This document shows, one piece after another, positions 32,327 to 41,470 of a DNA stretch of 64,000 nucleotides (position 1 is the stretch's first letter; every line of letters starts with the position of its first letter). Below the pieces are notes generated by a model that was given only the letters and a program-made list of their open reading frames with translations, was not told the DNA's origin and did not search any database. Position numbers and translations under genes: made by a program. The stretch is from a bacterium (GTDB lineage Bacteria > SAR324 > NAC60-12): NCBI GenBank assembly GCA_965205865.1, contig CBDBHR010000026.1, forward strand, positions 224,997 through 288,996. Direction: 5' to 3'.

Positions 32327-32432
32327 GTGGAGTAGCAGACACGCATCGCCCCTTTAGACCCGGCATAACCGTTAGTTCGCCCTCTTCAAACTGTGCGTAC
32401 AGTTGACGGTTCGGCTCCCGACGTACACGGCT
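32327..32432 (-). mobile_element. Group II intron 3'-end remnant (domains V and VI)
   Basis: Minus strand AGCCGTGTACG...GTACGCACAGTTTGAAGAGGG...CTACTCCAC. Confidence 0.75.
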
Positions 32433-32438
32433 TTAATG

Positions 32439-32634
32439 ACTCGACTTTGAACATTTTATTCAACTTTTGGGTTTAATAAAATCAATGTCTTACGAATCTT
32501 TATTGGAATTAATACAGGTCGTATCATCAAAAATGGAAAACAGTAACCTGTATTAATTTTTTACAAATTTTCAACCAATTGATATTATTGAATAATGAAA
32601 ATTAAAAGAATAAATCGAATGTCCAAAGTCCAGT
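32439..32634. mobile_element. Putative MITE, 196 bp, with IS701-like TIRs
   Basis: ACTCGACTTTGAACATT / AATGTCCAAAGTCCAGT, flanked by AATG on both sides. Confidence 0.6.
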
Positions 32635-32660
32635 AATGAATGAGTCGCCCTATTTAAAAA

Positions 32661-32727
32661 AAGTTTGACAATCATTTGCAAAGCGAGTATAAAAAAGTTT
32701 GACAATCAATTGCAAGGCGAGTATACA
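32661..32727 (+). promoter_or_regulatory. Two tandem sigma70-type promoters (34-bp duplication)
   Basis: TTGACA(32665)-N17-TATAAA and TTGACA(32699)-N17-TATACA. Confidence 0.75.
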
Positions 32728-32951
32728 GTATTGTTCCAGGAACGGAAGGGCAATAATGAGACCCTTCGCATTGCCGCTTTCGGTACACCTGTTTGGGCAA
32801 ATCGTCAGGATGAAATGAAAGTCTGAAATTAACCCGTTTCGAGTATAAAAAATCTTGATAATGAGGTGGATATGAGAGTAAGCTTAAACTCTAAGTGTAC
32901 AGGTTCATTGGGTTCTACCCCCTTACGTCATCTCGACCTCAAGGAGTTATT

Positions 32952-34946
32952 ATGATAGCGAAGAATCTATTCGCCCCCTTTGTGGGCCTGACCGTGGCAA
33001 ACGTCGTGTCTGCTGCGAAAACCCGATTCGCCCCATGTCGGGTGAATCGTTCTCAAAACCCTCAATTTAGAGAGGTTCTTATGTATTGTATTATAAAGAA
33101 ATTTGTCGCCTCCATCGCGAGGCTGAACCCGGCAGGCTCTTTGTCTGCTGTACAAAAGCTTGTCCTCGCAAAAGCGGGGATGCAACCCTTGTTGCTCACC
33201 TTCACCCTGATGGTGGCCGCCCTCTGGGTCAGCCCGGCAGCCGTGGCGGCTGAGAAAGAGACGGTGTTCGACCCCGCCACCGGCCAGACGTGGACTGCCC
33301 ATGAGTATGGCGGGACACTCACCTTTGGCACGAAGCGCTATCCTAAGAGTGCTGACGTGTGGTACGCTGGGGGCTGGGCGCCTCACTTCATCAGTGGTGT
33401 TAATGAGAAGCTAGCCTTCGCCGACTGGGGACTATCCAGGGATAAGACCGCTGACTTTTACATCGTTGTGAGCCCAGAGATGACCACAGGGTGTCTGGCG
33501 GAAAGCTGGTCGCAGCCCGACCCCACAACCTTCATCTGGCACATCCGCCAGGGCGTTTTCTGGGACAATAAGGAGCCGGTGAACGGTCGTCAGTTCGATG
33601 CTTATGACGTCGAATGGAACTATCACCGCTATTTGGGTCTGGGTGATTTCAGCGAACTCGGAATCAGCCCCGAAGTTGAGGATATAACTAATGGTCTCTC
33701 GTACGAATCGGTAACGGCCACCGATAAATGGACGGTTGTGGTTAAGCTGGCGAGGCCTGACGCCGATGTGTTAGGGAAAATGCTCCACACCTACACTTTT
33801 ATGTACGCCCCCGAGGTAATCGAGAAATACGGCGATGCTCAGGATTGGAGGAACGCGGTCGGCACCGGGCCCTATCGACTGACTGATCACGTCCAGGACA
33901 GCTCGGCAACCTGGGAGAAGAATCCTGACTACTGGAAATACGACGAAAAATGGCCGGAGAACCGCCTGCCCTATATTGACAAGTTGGTGAGCCTGGCTAT
34001 GCCAGAGTCAGCGACACGTACATCGGCAATGCGCACGGGTAAGATTGATATGCTGACTGAAACCGGCGACGCTTATATATTGAATCCCGACTATATGGAT
34101 GCCCTCCAGCGCACCAACCCTGAAATCGATGTGTTTCCCATTTATGTCGGGGTCTCGGACATTTACGGTTTTAACCAGTCTTCGGAGCTCATGCAGGACG
34201 TCAATGTGCGCAAGGCACTGCAGATGTCAGTGGACATCGAGACCATTAACACTTCCTTCTATAAGGGTTATGGAGATACAGCACCTTATGGGTTAATAAG
34301 TCAAGCTTCAAAAGGGTGGAACTGGCCATATGAAGACTGGCCCGAAGAGGTCAAGCAAGAATATACCTATAATCCGGAAAGGGCCGAGGAACTCCTTGAT
34401 GCGGCTGGGTATCCACGCGGCGCCGATGGCTATAGATTCAAGGTCAAGCTAGCCAGTTCGGAAAGGGTTGAAACGACCTATGGAGAAATACTCATGTCGT
34501 ACTTCGATGCCATTGGCGTCGATAGCGAGATTGAAGTGGTTACTGAGGCCGAGGCGGGAGCTGCCGCAAGGGGGCCGACGATGAAGTGGGATATACACAA
34601 TTTGGTGGGGTATAGCATGTTCGCCCCCTCCAAGGATATATATTGTTTATCAAATTGCGCAGATGGTCATTGGCCCAAAACGCAGGACCAGCGAATGCAC
34701 GACATAGTTGCCGCCATGAAAGTCGCTGCCACCATGGAGGAGTGGATGAGCTTACATCGAGAGGCCGATGAGAAAACGGTAAGGGAGCACTACGCCATAA
34801 TCAAACCCAAATCCCCTAAGTTTTACGTGAGCCAGCCGTGGGTCGAGGGTTATTTCGGTGAATCAGGTATGCAACGGGCCTCACGTAATACCTTCATGGC
34901 CCGCCTCTGGATTGATAGTGCGCTGAAGAAAGAAATGGGGCATTAG
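32952..34946 (+). CDS. Family 5 solute-binding protein, copy 2 (start uncertain)
   Basis: Close paralogue of 25288-27315. Confidence 0.9.
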   Translation: MIAKNLFAPFVGLTVANVVSAAKTRFAPCRVNRSQNPQFREVLMYCIIKKFVASIARLNPAGSLSAVQKLVLAKAGMQPLLLTFTLMVAALWVSPAAVAAEKETVFDPATGQTWTAHEYGGTLTFGTKRYPKSADVWYAGGWAPHFISGVNEKLAFADWGLSRDKTADFYIVVSPEMTTGCLAESWSQPDPTTFIWHIRQGVFWDNKEPVNGRQFDAYDVEWNYHRYLGLGDFSELGISPEVEDITNGLSYESVTATDKWTVVVKLARPDADVLGKMLHTYTFMYAPEVIEKYGDAQDWRNAVGTGPYRLTDHVQDSSATWEKNPDYWKYDEKWPENRLPYIDKLVSLAMPESATRTSAMRTGKIDMLTETGDAYILNPDYMDALQRTNPEIDVFPIYVGVSDIYGFNQSSELMQDVNVRKALQMSVDIETINTSFYKGYGDTAPYGLISQASKGWNWPYEDWPEEVKQEYTYNPERAEELLDAAGYPRGADGYRFKVKLASSERVETTYGEILMSYFDAIGVDSEIEVVTEAEAGAAARGPTMKWDIHNLVGYSMFAPSKDIYCLSNCADGHWPKTQDQRMHDIVAAMKVAATMEEWMSLHREADEKTVREHYAIIKPKSPKFYVSQPWVEGYFGESGMQRASRNTFMARLWIDSALKKEMGH

Positions 34947-35058
34947 TACTTATAGGACAAGTCTCCATTTGAAAAAGGGGATTCAGGGGGATTTTAAAAG
35001 CTTTGCCAACGAAATCCCCCTGCCCCCCTTTTCTTAAGTGGGGAAGGAGAAGGATTCC

Positions 35059-36064
35059 ATGAGAACCTATTTCATCAGGCGGTTGTTGCTCATGATCCCG
35101 ACCCTGTTTCTCCTGAGTATCCTGGTCTTTCTCTCGGTGCGCTTCATCCCCGGCGATGTCGTCGACATCATGGTAGCTAAGATGCACGGATGGGGGGGGT
35201 GGCTATACAAACCGTGAAGCTCTTGAGCGTGTGCTGGGGTTAGACGTGCCTGTGCACGTACAGTACGGACGCTGGATAGGAGTGTTGCCGACCCCTGACT
35301 GGAAGACCGGTAAGTCTCAATTCAGCGGTATCCTCCAGGGCACCCTTGGCAAATCACTGTATGCCACCCATTTGTCGATAGAGGAACAGGTATTAGAGAG
35401 ATTGCCAGTAACCCTTGAGTTGGGTCTCATGGCCATCGTGATCGGGTTGGTGATCGCGCTACCGGTGGGCATCTACTCGGCGATTCGCCAGGATACTGCC
35501 ACCGACTACCTGGGGCGCTCCATCGCCATCATCGGCCTGGCCACGCCTAACTTCTGGCTGGCAATTATGGTCATCCTCTACCCGGCAATCTGGTGGGGCT
35601 GGGCGCCATCGATAAAGTATATCCCTCTTGTCGAAGACCCGCTGGGGAATCTGGTGATGTTCCTCATTCCCAGCGTAATTCTGGGGACGGCCATGGCTGC
35701 CGAGACCATGCGGATGACACGCACCATGATGCTGGAGGTCTTAAGGCAGGACTACATCCGCACCGCCTGGTCCAAAGGGCTCAAGGAGCAGGTCGTGGTG
35801 ATCCGGCACGCCATCAAGAATGCCCTCATCCCGATAGTTACCCTGATCGGCCTGCGCTTGCCCCTCCTGATCGGGGGCTCCGTTATCATGGAAGAAATAT
35901 TTGTTCTGCCGGGGATCGGTCGTTTATACCTGGATGCAATCGAGAGCAGAGACTACCCGGCGGTCCAGGGAATCAACCTGTTTTTCGCCACCGGGGTAGT
36001 GGGGATCAATCTCTTCATCGACCTGATTTATGCTTTCTTGGACCCCAGGGTTCAGTATAAATAG
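35059..36064 (+). CDS. DppB-type permease copy with +1 G in a G run near 35195 (pseudogene or read error)
   Basis: Almost identical to 27377-28381; ATG at 35059. Confidence 0.8.
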
Positions 36065-36391
36065 TCGTTTTGCTACTGGTAAATATGGGTTTGAGATTCG
36101 TATGTAGGAAGAAGTCCCTGAGGGACGAAAGAAAGTAGCCCAGCGATTTATCGCTGGGTACAAATGGCTCCTTCAAAGTCCCGGAGGGACGAAACAACAA
36201 TGAGGTCTCATATCCCATGAAAACATAATCTTAAATATGATGAGTGTTATATTTTGCATTAATTCGCTCGACCGAAGAAGTGTCGTCTCTCTGGGACTAG
36301 CTGAGAGGAAGGGGGTTTCCTTACCCAGCAATGAATTGCTGGGCTATACCTTTTCGTCCCTCAGGGACTGTATCATAGAAAAATCGGGATC

Positions 36392-37357
36392 ATGAACAAC
36401 ACCCAAGAAACACCCGCTATCCGTGAGCCCAAGCGACGAAGCCGGTTTGCGGCTTTCTTGATCAGGTTTCTCAAGGAGAAGCCACTCGGTACTGCCTGCG
36501 GGTTTATCATCTTGATCTTGATTTTAGTGGCAATCTTTGCCGATGCGCTGGCGCCTTATTCCCATAAGGAAGCACACCTGATAGACAGGCTGCAGACCCC
36601 ATCAGCCAAGTATCTGCTGGGTACCGACCACATAGGACGAGACTTACTCAGCCGCCTGATCTACGGGGCGCGTATCTCCGTACTTGTCGGCCTGGCCGCG
36701 ACCGCAATCAATGTGGTCTTCGCTGTCCTCATCGGCGGCATTTCAGGATTCCTCGAGGGTAAAGTGGACCTGGCGGTGCAGCGCTTTGTCGATGCCTGGA
36801 TCGCCTTTCCGGGACTGCTGTTGTTGTTGACCCTCGTGTCCGTCGTGGGACAGGGGTTGCTCCAGATCATCCTGGTGCTGGGGATCGCCGGTGGAGTCGA
36901 AGGCTCCCGCGTCGTGCGGGGTGCGGTGATCGCCATTAAAGAGAATGACTATTTTCTGGCAGCCCAGGCCGTGGGCACCCCGACCAGCCAAATCCTCAAC
37001 CGTCATGTGCTGCCCAATATTATGGCACCCGTCATCATTATCTTCTCCATTAACATCGGGGGGGTGATTATGACTTTGGCTGCTCTGGGCTTCCTCGGCT
37101 ACGGTCTGCCACCCAACATTCCTGACTGGGGAGGGATGCTCAGCCGGGAAGGGCGCCGGTACATGGAGATGGCCCCCTGGCTGGCGCTCTGGCCCGGTCT
37201 TTGCTTGACGATTGCCGTCTACGCGCTCAACATGTTCGGCGACGCCATCAGAGACCTGCTCGATCCCCGGCTGCGGGGCGGACAAGGCAGTTACGGCATC
37301 ACGGGGAAACGCAAACGCGGATTCCTCGCCCGACTGATCAACCCTTTCAGATGGTAA
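36392..37357 (+). CDS. DppC-type permease
   Basis: LLGTDHIGRD, FPGLLLLL, RHVLPN, NMFGDAIRDLLDP. Confidence 0.92.
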   Translation: MNNTQETPAIREPKRRSRFAAFLIRFLKEKPLGTACGFIILILILVAIFADALAPYSHKEAHLIDRLQTPSAKYLLGTDHIGRDLLSRLIYGARISVLVGLAATAINVVFAVLIGGISGFLEGKVDLAVQRFVDAWIAFPGLLLLLTLVSVVGQGLLQIILVLGIAGGVEGSRVVRGAVIAIKENDYFLAAQAVGTPTSQILNRHVLPNIMAPVIIIFSINIGGVIMTLAALGFLGYGLPPNIPDWGGMLSREGRRYMEMAPWLALWPGLCLTIAVYALNMFGDAIRDLLDPRLRGGQGSYGITGKRKRGFLARLINPFRW

Positions 37358-37438
37358 GCGCACTAAAAAATTGTAAAAACACTTGCTTAAATTTTTCCAC
37401 AATGCTAAATCTTCATAGGTGTTCGGGATTTAAAAAGA

Positions 37439-37655
37439 TAAGTAAAGAATCCACCTTCTTAGAAGGTGATTTTGATGGGCCCCTGGAAGGGGCGGCTCGT
37501 GATCGTACTCGTAAGCCGTGCTCGTGCTCGTGAACGAAATGGCATCCCAGAGAAACCTGGATTCCCTCTCAAGAGAATCGGGAACGTTTCTATCGAGCAC
37601 GTGCACGATTACGAACACGTGCACGTTTTTGGCAGAGCCGATTGTCTCTGACCAC
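37439..37655 (+). repeat. Dispersed His-rich-ORF element copy D (ATG 37475-37651)
   Basis: Lacks only the 27-nt block. Confidence 0.85.
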
Positions 37656-37711
37656 AACTAGGCGTCCCCGCCCAAAGGACGTTGTTTCATCAGATAAAAT
37701 GAAAGGAAAAT

Positions 37712-38591
37712 ATGAAGTATTACAAAATCATTTCAGCAAATGGCAGCTCCCGATTTACCGTGGAACAAGAGGAAGGCCTCCTCGCAGACCTGACTTCGGT
37801 GGATGAAAATCTGTCAGACCTGGAAGTCATTGCTCGTGCCGCATCCCTCTCCGGAGTCAGCATAGACCAGATTGCAGAACGGATCATCGAGTCCGGCCAG
37901 CCCCAAATCCTGAAAATGGAGGAGGTCTTGGATGAAAAAAGCGATATGCGACTGGCTCGTCCCTTCGACCCTCCGGAAGTGTGGGGTGCCGGCGCGACCT
38001 ATAACAAAGACCTGAGCAAGGCCTCGGAAAGTTACATCAAGATCTATCAGGCAGAGCGCCCGATGCTTTTCTTCAAGGCAACGCCACAACGATGTGTCGG
38101 CCCCTTTGTGTCCGTTGGAATCCGGGAGGACAGCGCGATCAACATCCCGGAGCCTGAGCTCGCCTTTGTGCTCTACCAGGGGGAGATCATTGGCTACACT
38201 GTCGCCAACGACATGAGCGCCGTGTCCCTTGAGGGAGAAAATACGTATTACCAGCCCCAGGCCAAAGTCTATAATCAGAGCTGCGCCATCGGGCCCTGCT
38301 TCGTGACTGCGGAATCGATCAAAACCCCTGAGGACCTGGATTTACGCTGCTCTACAAGACGTGACAACGAAGTAGTGTGGCACGGCGAGAGCTCCACTTC
38401 CCATTTGGCCCGCAGTTGCGCCCAACTGGCCGACTGGATCCAACGGTCCAACTCCATGCCCGACTTGACCGACGGTGCTCACCGGATGTGATTGTCATCC
38501 CCCGTCCGGATTCACCCTTCAGCAAGGCGATGTGATCAGCATCACGATCGAGGGAATCGGGACGCTGGAAAACACCGTCATTGTCGTGTAG
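37712..38591 (+). pseudogene. FAH-family protein copy 3, +1 frameshift near 38469
   Basis: Matches copy 2 and resumes in the shifted frame to VIVV*. Confidence 0.8.
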
Positions 38592-38617
38592 ATGGAGCTT
38601 GTTTTAACGGTTCACCT

Positions 38618-38872
38618 CTATTTTATCAGTTGATCGAATTCAGCATGCGTACCGATCCAAAACCAGATCAATCCTTCTTCCGTTTCCACTGCTACAGTTC
38701 GATACTTTCTACCAACCCTGGCGGACTAATAGCTTCCTACTTCTTTGAGATGTAATGAAGGATGAAGAGGATCTGATTTGAGAATTTTGAAATTTTTGTC
38801 GGCGAGTTTCTGGATGGATGAGTGAAGTTGATAATAACGATCCCAAAAAGAAGGATTTGTAAAGTGCTTTAG
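38618..38872 (-). pseudogene. Second copy of the RelE/ParE-like toxin, with internal TAG
   Basis: Paralogue of 19016-19272; the W codon of YWSA is TAG. Confidence 0.75.
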
Positions 38873-39170
38873 ATCTCCTTGCATTTTCCCCGCCTTAAAA
38901 TCAGCAATTGCTTGATCAGCTAGTGAGTCCAGTTTTTCTATTGAAGGCACAATTAAATGAGATGTCTCTTCAATGGGAACTGCAAAAAACTCAGCATTGA
39001 GCCCATCAGCGAAATATTCAAGCCATCCTGAAGAATCAACAACGTTCATAAGCGATCCTTCCTCACGCTCCACACGGGTATCTATCCCTCTGAGAAACCA
39101 GCGCATGGTCCTTAGGGGTTGTACAAGAATTAATTCAATTCGATTATTGTAGAGAATCGCCTGAATTTTT
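38870..39170 (-). pseudogene. AbrB-like antitoxin tail and VapC N-terminus fused by deletion to the tail of the 19266-type antitoxin
   Basis: NNRIELI...FLRGIDT; MNVVDSSGWLEYF (ATG 39049) joined to KLDSLADQAIADF. Confidence 0.65.
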
Positions 39171-39430
39171 TGACCGGGTTTGACGAGTACTACGAGAAGG
39201 CGCTGGCGGCTACCACGAGAGAGGAGCAGCAGGAGTGGGTGCGGAAGGCCGACCTGCGCGTCATCGAGCAGCTCTGGATGATCAGGGGGCCAGTAGCTCC
39301 GCTGATGGGTTTCACCCAGCCGTGGCTCAAGGGCTACAACGGGGAAGGCGATCTCGGCGCGATGCAACGTATCACTTTCTTGCAGTACCTGTGGGTGGAC
39401 CAGGACCTGAAACGGCAGATGGGCCACTGA
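39170..39430 (+). pseudogene. Solute-binding protein C-terminal fragment
   Basis: QPWLKGYNGE...LWVDQDLKRQMGH. Confidence 0.8.
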
Positions 39431-39543
39431 GATGAATCCTCCTGTGGGCTGCGCGACGCGGCCCACCGGACAGGCTACTATGACCTCCCGGTTCTCGCGC
39501 CTTCCGGCGCCGCGGGCCGGGAGGTTTCTCCGACGGAGATAAG

Positions 39544-39911
39544 ATGAGATCGTACGTCATCCGGAGGGTCCTGCTGCTGATCCCGACCTTTTTCCTGGTC
39601 ACCATCCTGGTGTTTCTCTAGGTGCGCTTCATACCGGGCGATGCCATCGACATCCTCCTGTTCAGAATGGTTGAATCGTCGGGTGGCGGCAGCGGCATCG
39701 ACCGCGCGGAGCTCGAGCGACGCTTGGCGCCGCGGCTGGCAATGTGGCCCGGGGTCTGCCTGACGGTGGTGGTTTTTTGTTTCAACATGTTCGGCGATGC
39801 CATGCGCGACCTGTTCGATCCCTGCCTGCGCGGTGGCCAGGGCAGTTACGGCACTGCGGTGGTGAAACGCAAACGCGGCTTCCTCTCCAGACTGCTCAAC
39901 CCCTTCTCTTA
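39544..39911 (+). pseudogene. DppB N-terminus fused to DppC C-terminus by internal deletion
   Basis: MRSYVIRRVLLL..(TAG)..DRAELERR joined to LAPRLAMWPG...NPFS. Confidence 0.75.
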
Positions 39912-39929
39912 GGAAGAAGTTCCCTCCCC

Positions 39930-40311
39930 AATCAAACCGCAAAACCCATCCAAGCACATGGTCTCGAGGCCAGCGGGCGGTGCCTTCATAACACCCGCCA
40001 TTTGATATTCATATGGTTTCCTTTTGAGATGGAGGGCTGCTTCGGTGGTCCTCCATCTTTTTCCTTGTCTTCCGGGTCAAAACCTGACGAACTTCCGCAT
40101 CTGGGGTTGAATCCGCTGTGTTCCCCCGGGTTGTCAAACCTGACGCTCCCCGCTTCCGGATCCGGCCTGCCCCTGAATCCCCACCCCTGCGGGGACGGGA
40201 AGTACCGTGTCCCTTGGCGGAACTGCGTCTCGCCACAGCGGTTTCGCTTGCCTGTTCACCATCGGTACGCCATTCTCCCACTTAGCGCCAACATGAAGGC
40301 AACGTCCGCAC
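39930..40311 (-). mobile_element. Group II intron 5' fragment, class C-like
   Basis: Minus strand starts GTGCGGACG directly after a CTGCTG-C-CAGCAG hairpin; no RT retained. Confidence 0.55.
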
Positions 40312-40383
40312 CTGCTGGCAGCAGGTGTTGCAATAGCTACTGGCTATCGGGTGATTAAATCAGCACCTATTAACGGTAATATC

Positions 40384-40698
40384 CTATTTAAAAACTTCTG
40401 TTAAAATGTGACTTTCAGCTTGGGTAATCAACTTTGCTTTTCTCTCATTCCAAGATAATGTCTGGATCAAGTTAGCAGCAACAACGGAGGGTTGATCAAG
40501 ATTGTTAACTGCTACTTCTGTTAAGACACCCCTGATACTCGTGCTAATAGGACAACAAATTAACAATCCTGATTTGTTATTATATTCTTTTGATGAAAGA
40601 ACCAGTGCTGGACGATATTTACCAATTTCTTTACCTCTTGTAGGTTCAAAATCTAACCAGATAATATGATTGCGTTCTGGAATGTATTGTTTAATCAC
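40384..40698 (-). CDS. mazF: MazF/PemK toxin; last codons probably frameshifted in a T run
   Basis: IWLDFEPTRGKEIGKYRPALVLS..YN...CCPIST. Confidence 0.88.
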   Translation of the reverse strand: MIKQYIPERNHIIWLDFEPTRGKEIGKYRPALVLSSKEYNNKSGLLICCPISTSIRGVLTEVAVNNLDQPSVVAANLIQTLSWNERKAKLITQAESHILTEVFK

Positions 40699-40955
40699 TT
40701 GTCAAACTCACTACTTAACGGTTTAGCAAGGATATCCGCATGGGCAGATTCAGGAGTCATATTACGCAGTAACTGTTGCTCACTAAACGGTAATTTTTGT
40801 TTAATATTCTGTGTTTTAGTAACACTGAGTCCCATCTCTGTCACTTCAACATCTACTTCCGTATCTTCTTGAAAGCTCGGAATTTCTCTCATGACACCCG
40901 AAATACGTAAGGCTAAACCGTTACCCCATTTTTGTATTTTTGCTTGTACTCGCAT
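40695..40955 (-). CDS. mazE: MazE/AbrB-type antitoxin
   Basis: KIQKWGNGLALRI; overlaps the mazF start. Confidence 0.88.
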   Translation of the reverse strand: MRVQAKIQKWGNGLALRISGVMREIPSFQEDTEVDVEVTEMGLSVTKTQNIKQKLPFSEQQLLRNMTPESAHADILAKPLSSEFDK

Positions 40956-41145
40956 GTTAATCCTTCATTAGAATTTACAAAGTATATACATAGTATCAAC
41001 ATACAGTAAATATATCAAGGAATTTATCAATCAAAATTCCTTCCAATTCATCAGATGTCTCTTTTCCTAAATCACAGCAGTTCTAATTAGGGTCTACTGA
41101 AAAATATCTTGCGTGCGCTGGCAAGCGAACCTGCGGTGACGAAAA

Positions 41146-41264
41146 GGGGTCAGGCCTTTGATTATTTCATTTGACGTTTCATTCTTCAAATAAACTATCC
41201 CGGAGCAAGCTCTCTCGTTGAGGCTCGATTTTCGCTTCGCTCGAGCGGAGAATTTTGTCGGATT
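41146..41264 (+). repeat. 119-bp repeat beginning GGGGTCAGGCCTTTGATTA (unoccupied intron target); copy at 59757-59875
   Basis: Direct comparison shows only a few substitutions. Confidence 0.85.
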
Positions 41265-41470
41265 ATCTTTTTTTCAACGCAGCAACGGTACGCCGAGCGG
41301 CTGCGGCGAGTCAGACCCGAAAGAGATTAATAGTTTTTCCTCACCGGATTCAGGTGAACATTGCGAATTAACTCTAATAAATACTGATCGGCATCCACTA
41401 AAATCGCTTTATAGCGCCCCTGAAACAAATGTCCCTTCCGTTTTTGTTTTTTGTTGATCCAGCGAGTATA

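Noticed and set aside
25288-34946. Diversity-generating retroelement acting on the SBP paralogues, since an RT is in the window
   Set aside because: Differences are not adenine-specific (for example GTCCTC versus CACTTC), span the whole gene, and both copies are coding. The RT has a maturase domain and intron RNA, and no avd gene is seen.
38726-39466. 246-aa ORF as a real gene
   Set aside because: It is a read-through across an antisense SBP fragment, an AbrB tail, a VapC start and an antitoxin tail
41218-41457. ORFs MRLDFRFA... at 41218 and 59829
   Set aside because: They start inside the shared 119-bp repeat and diverge immediately after it, so they are probably non-coding
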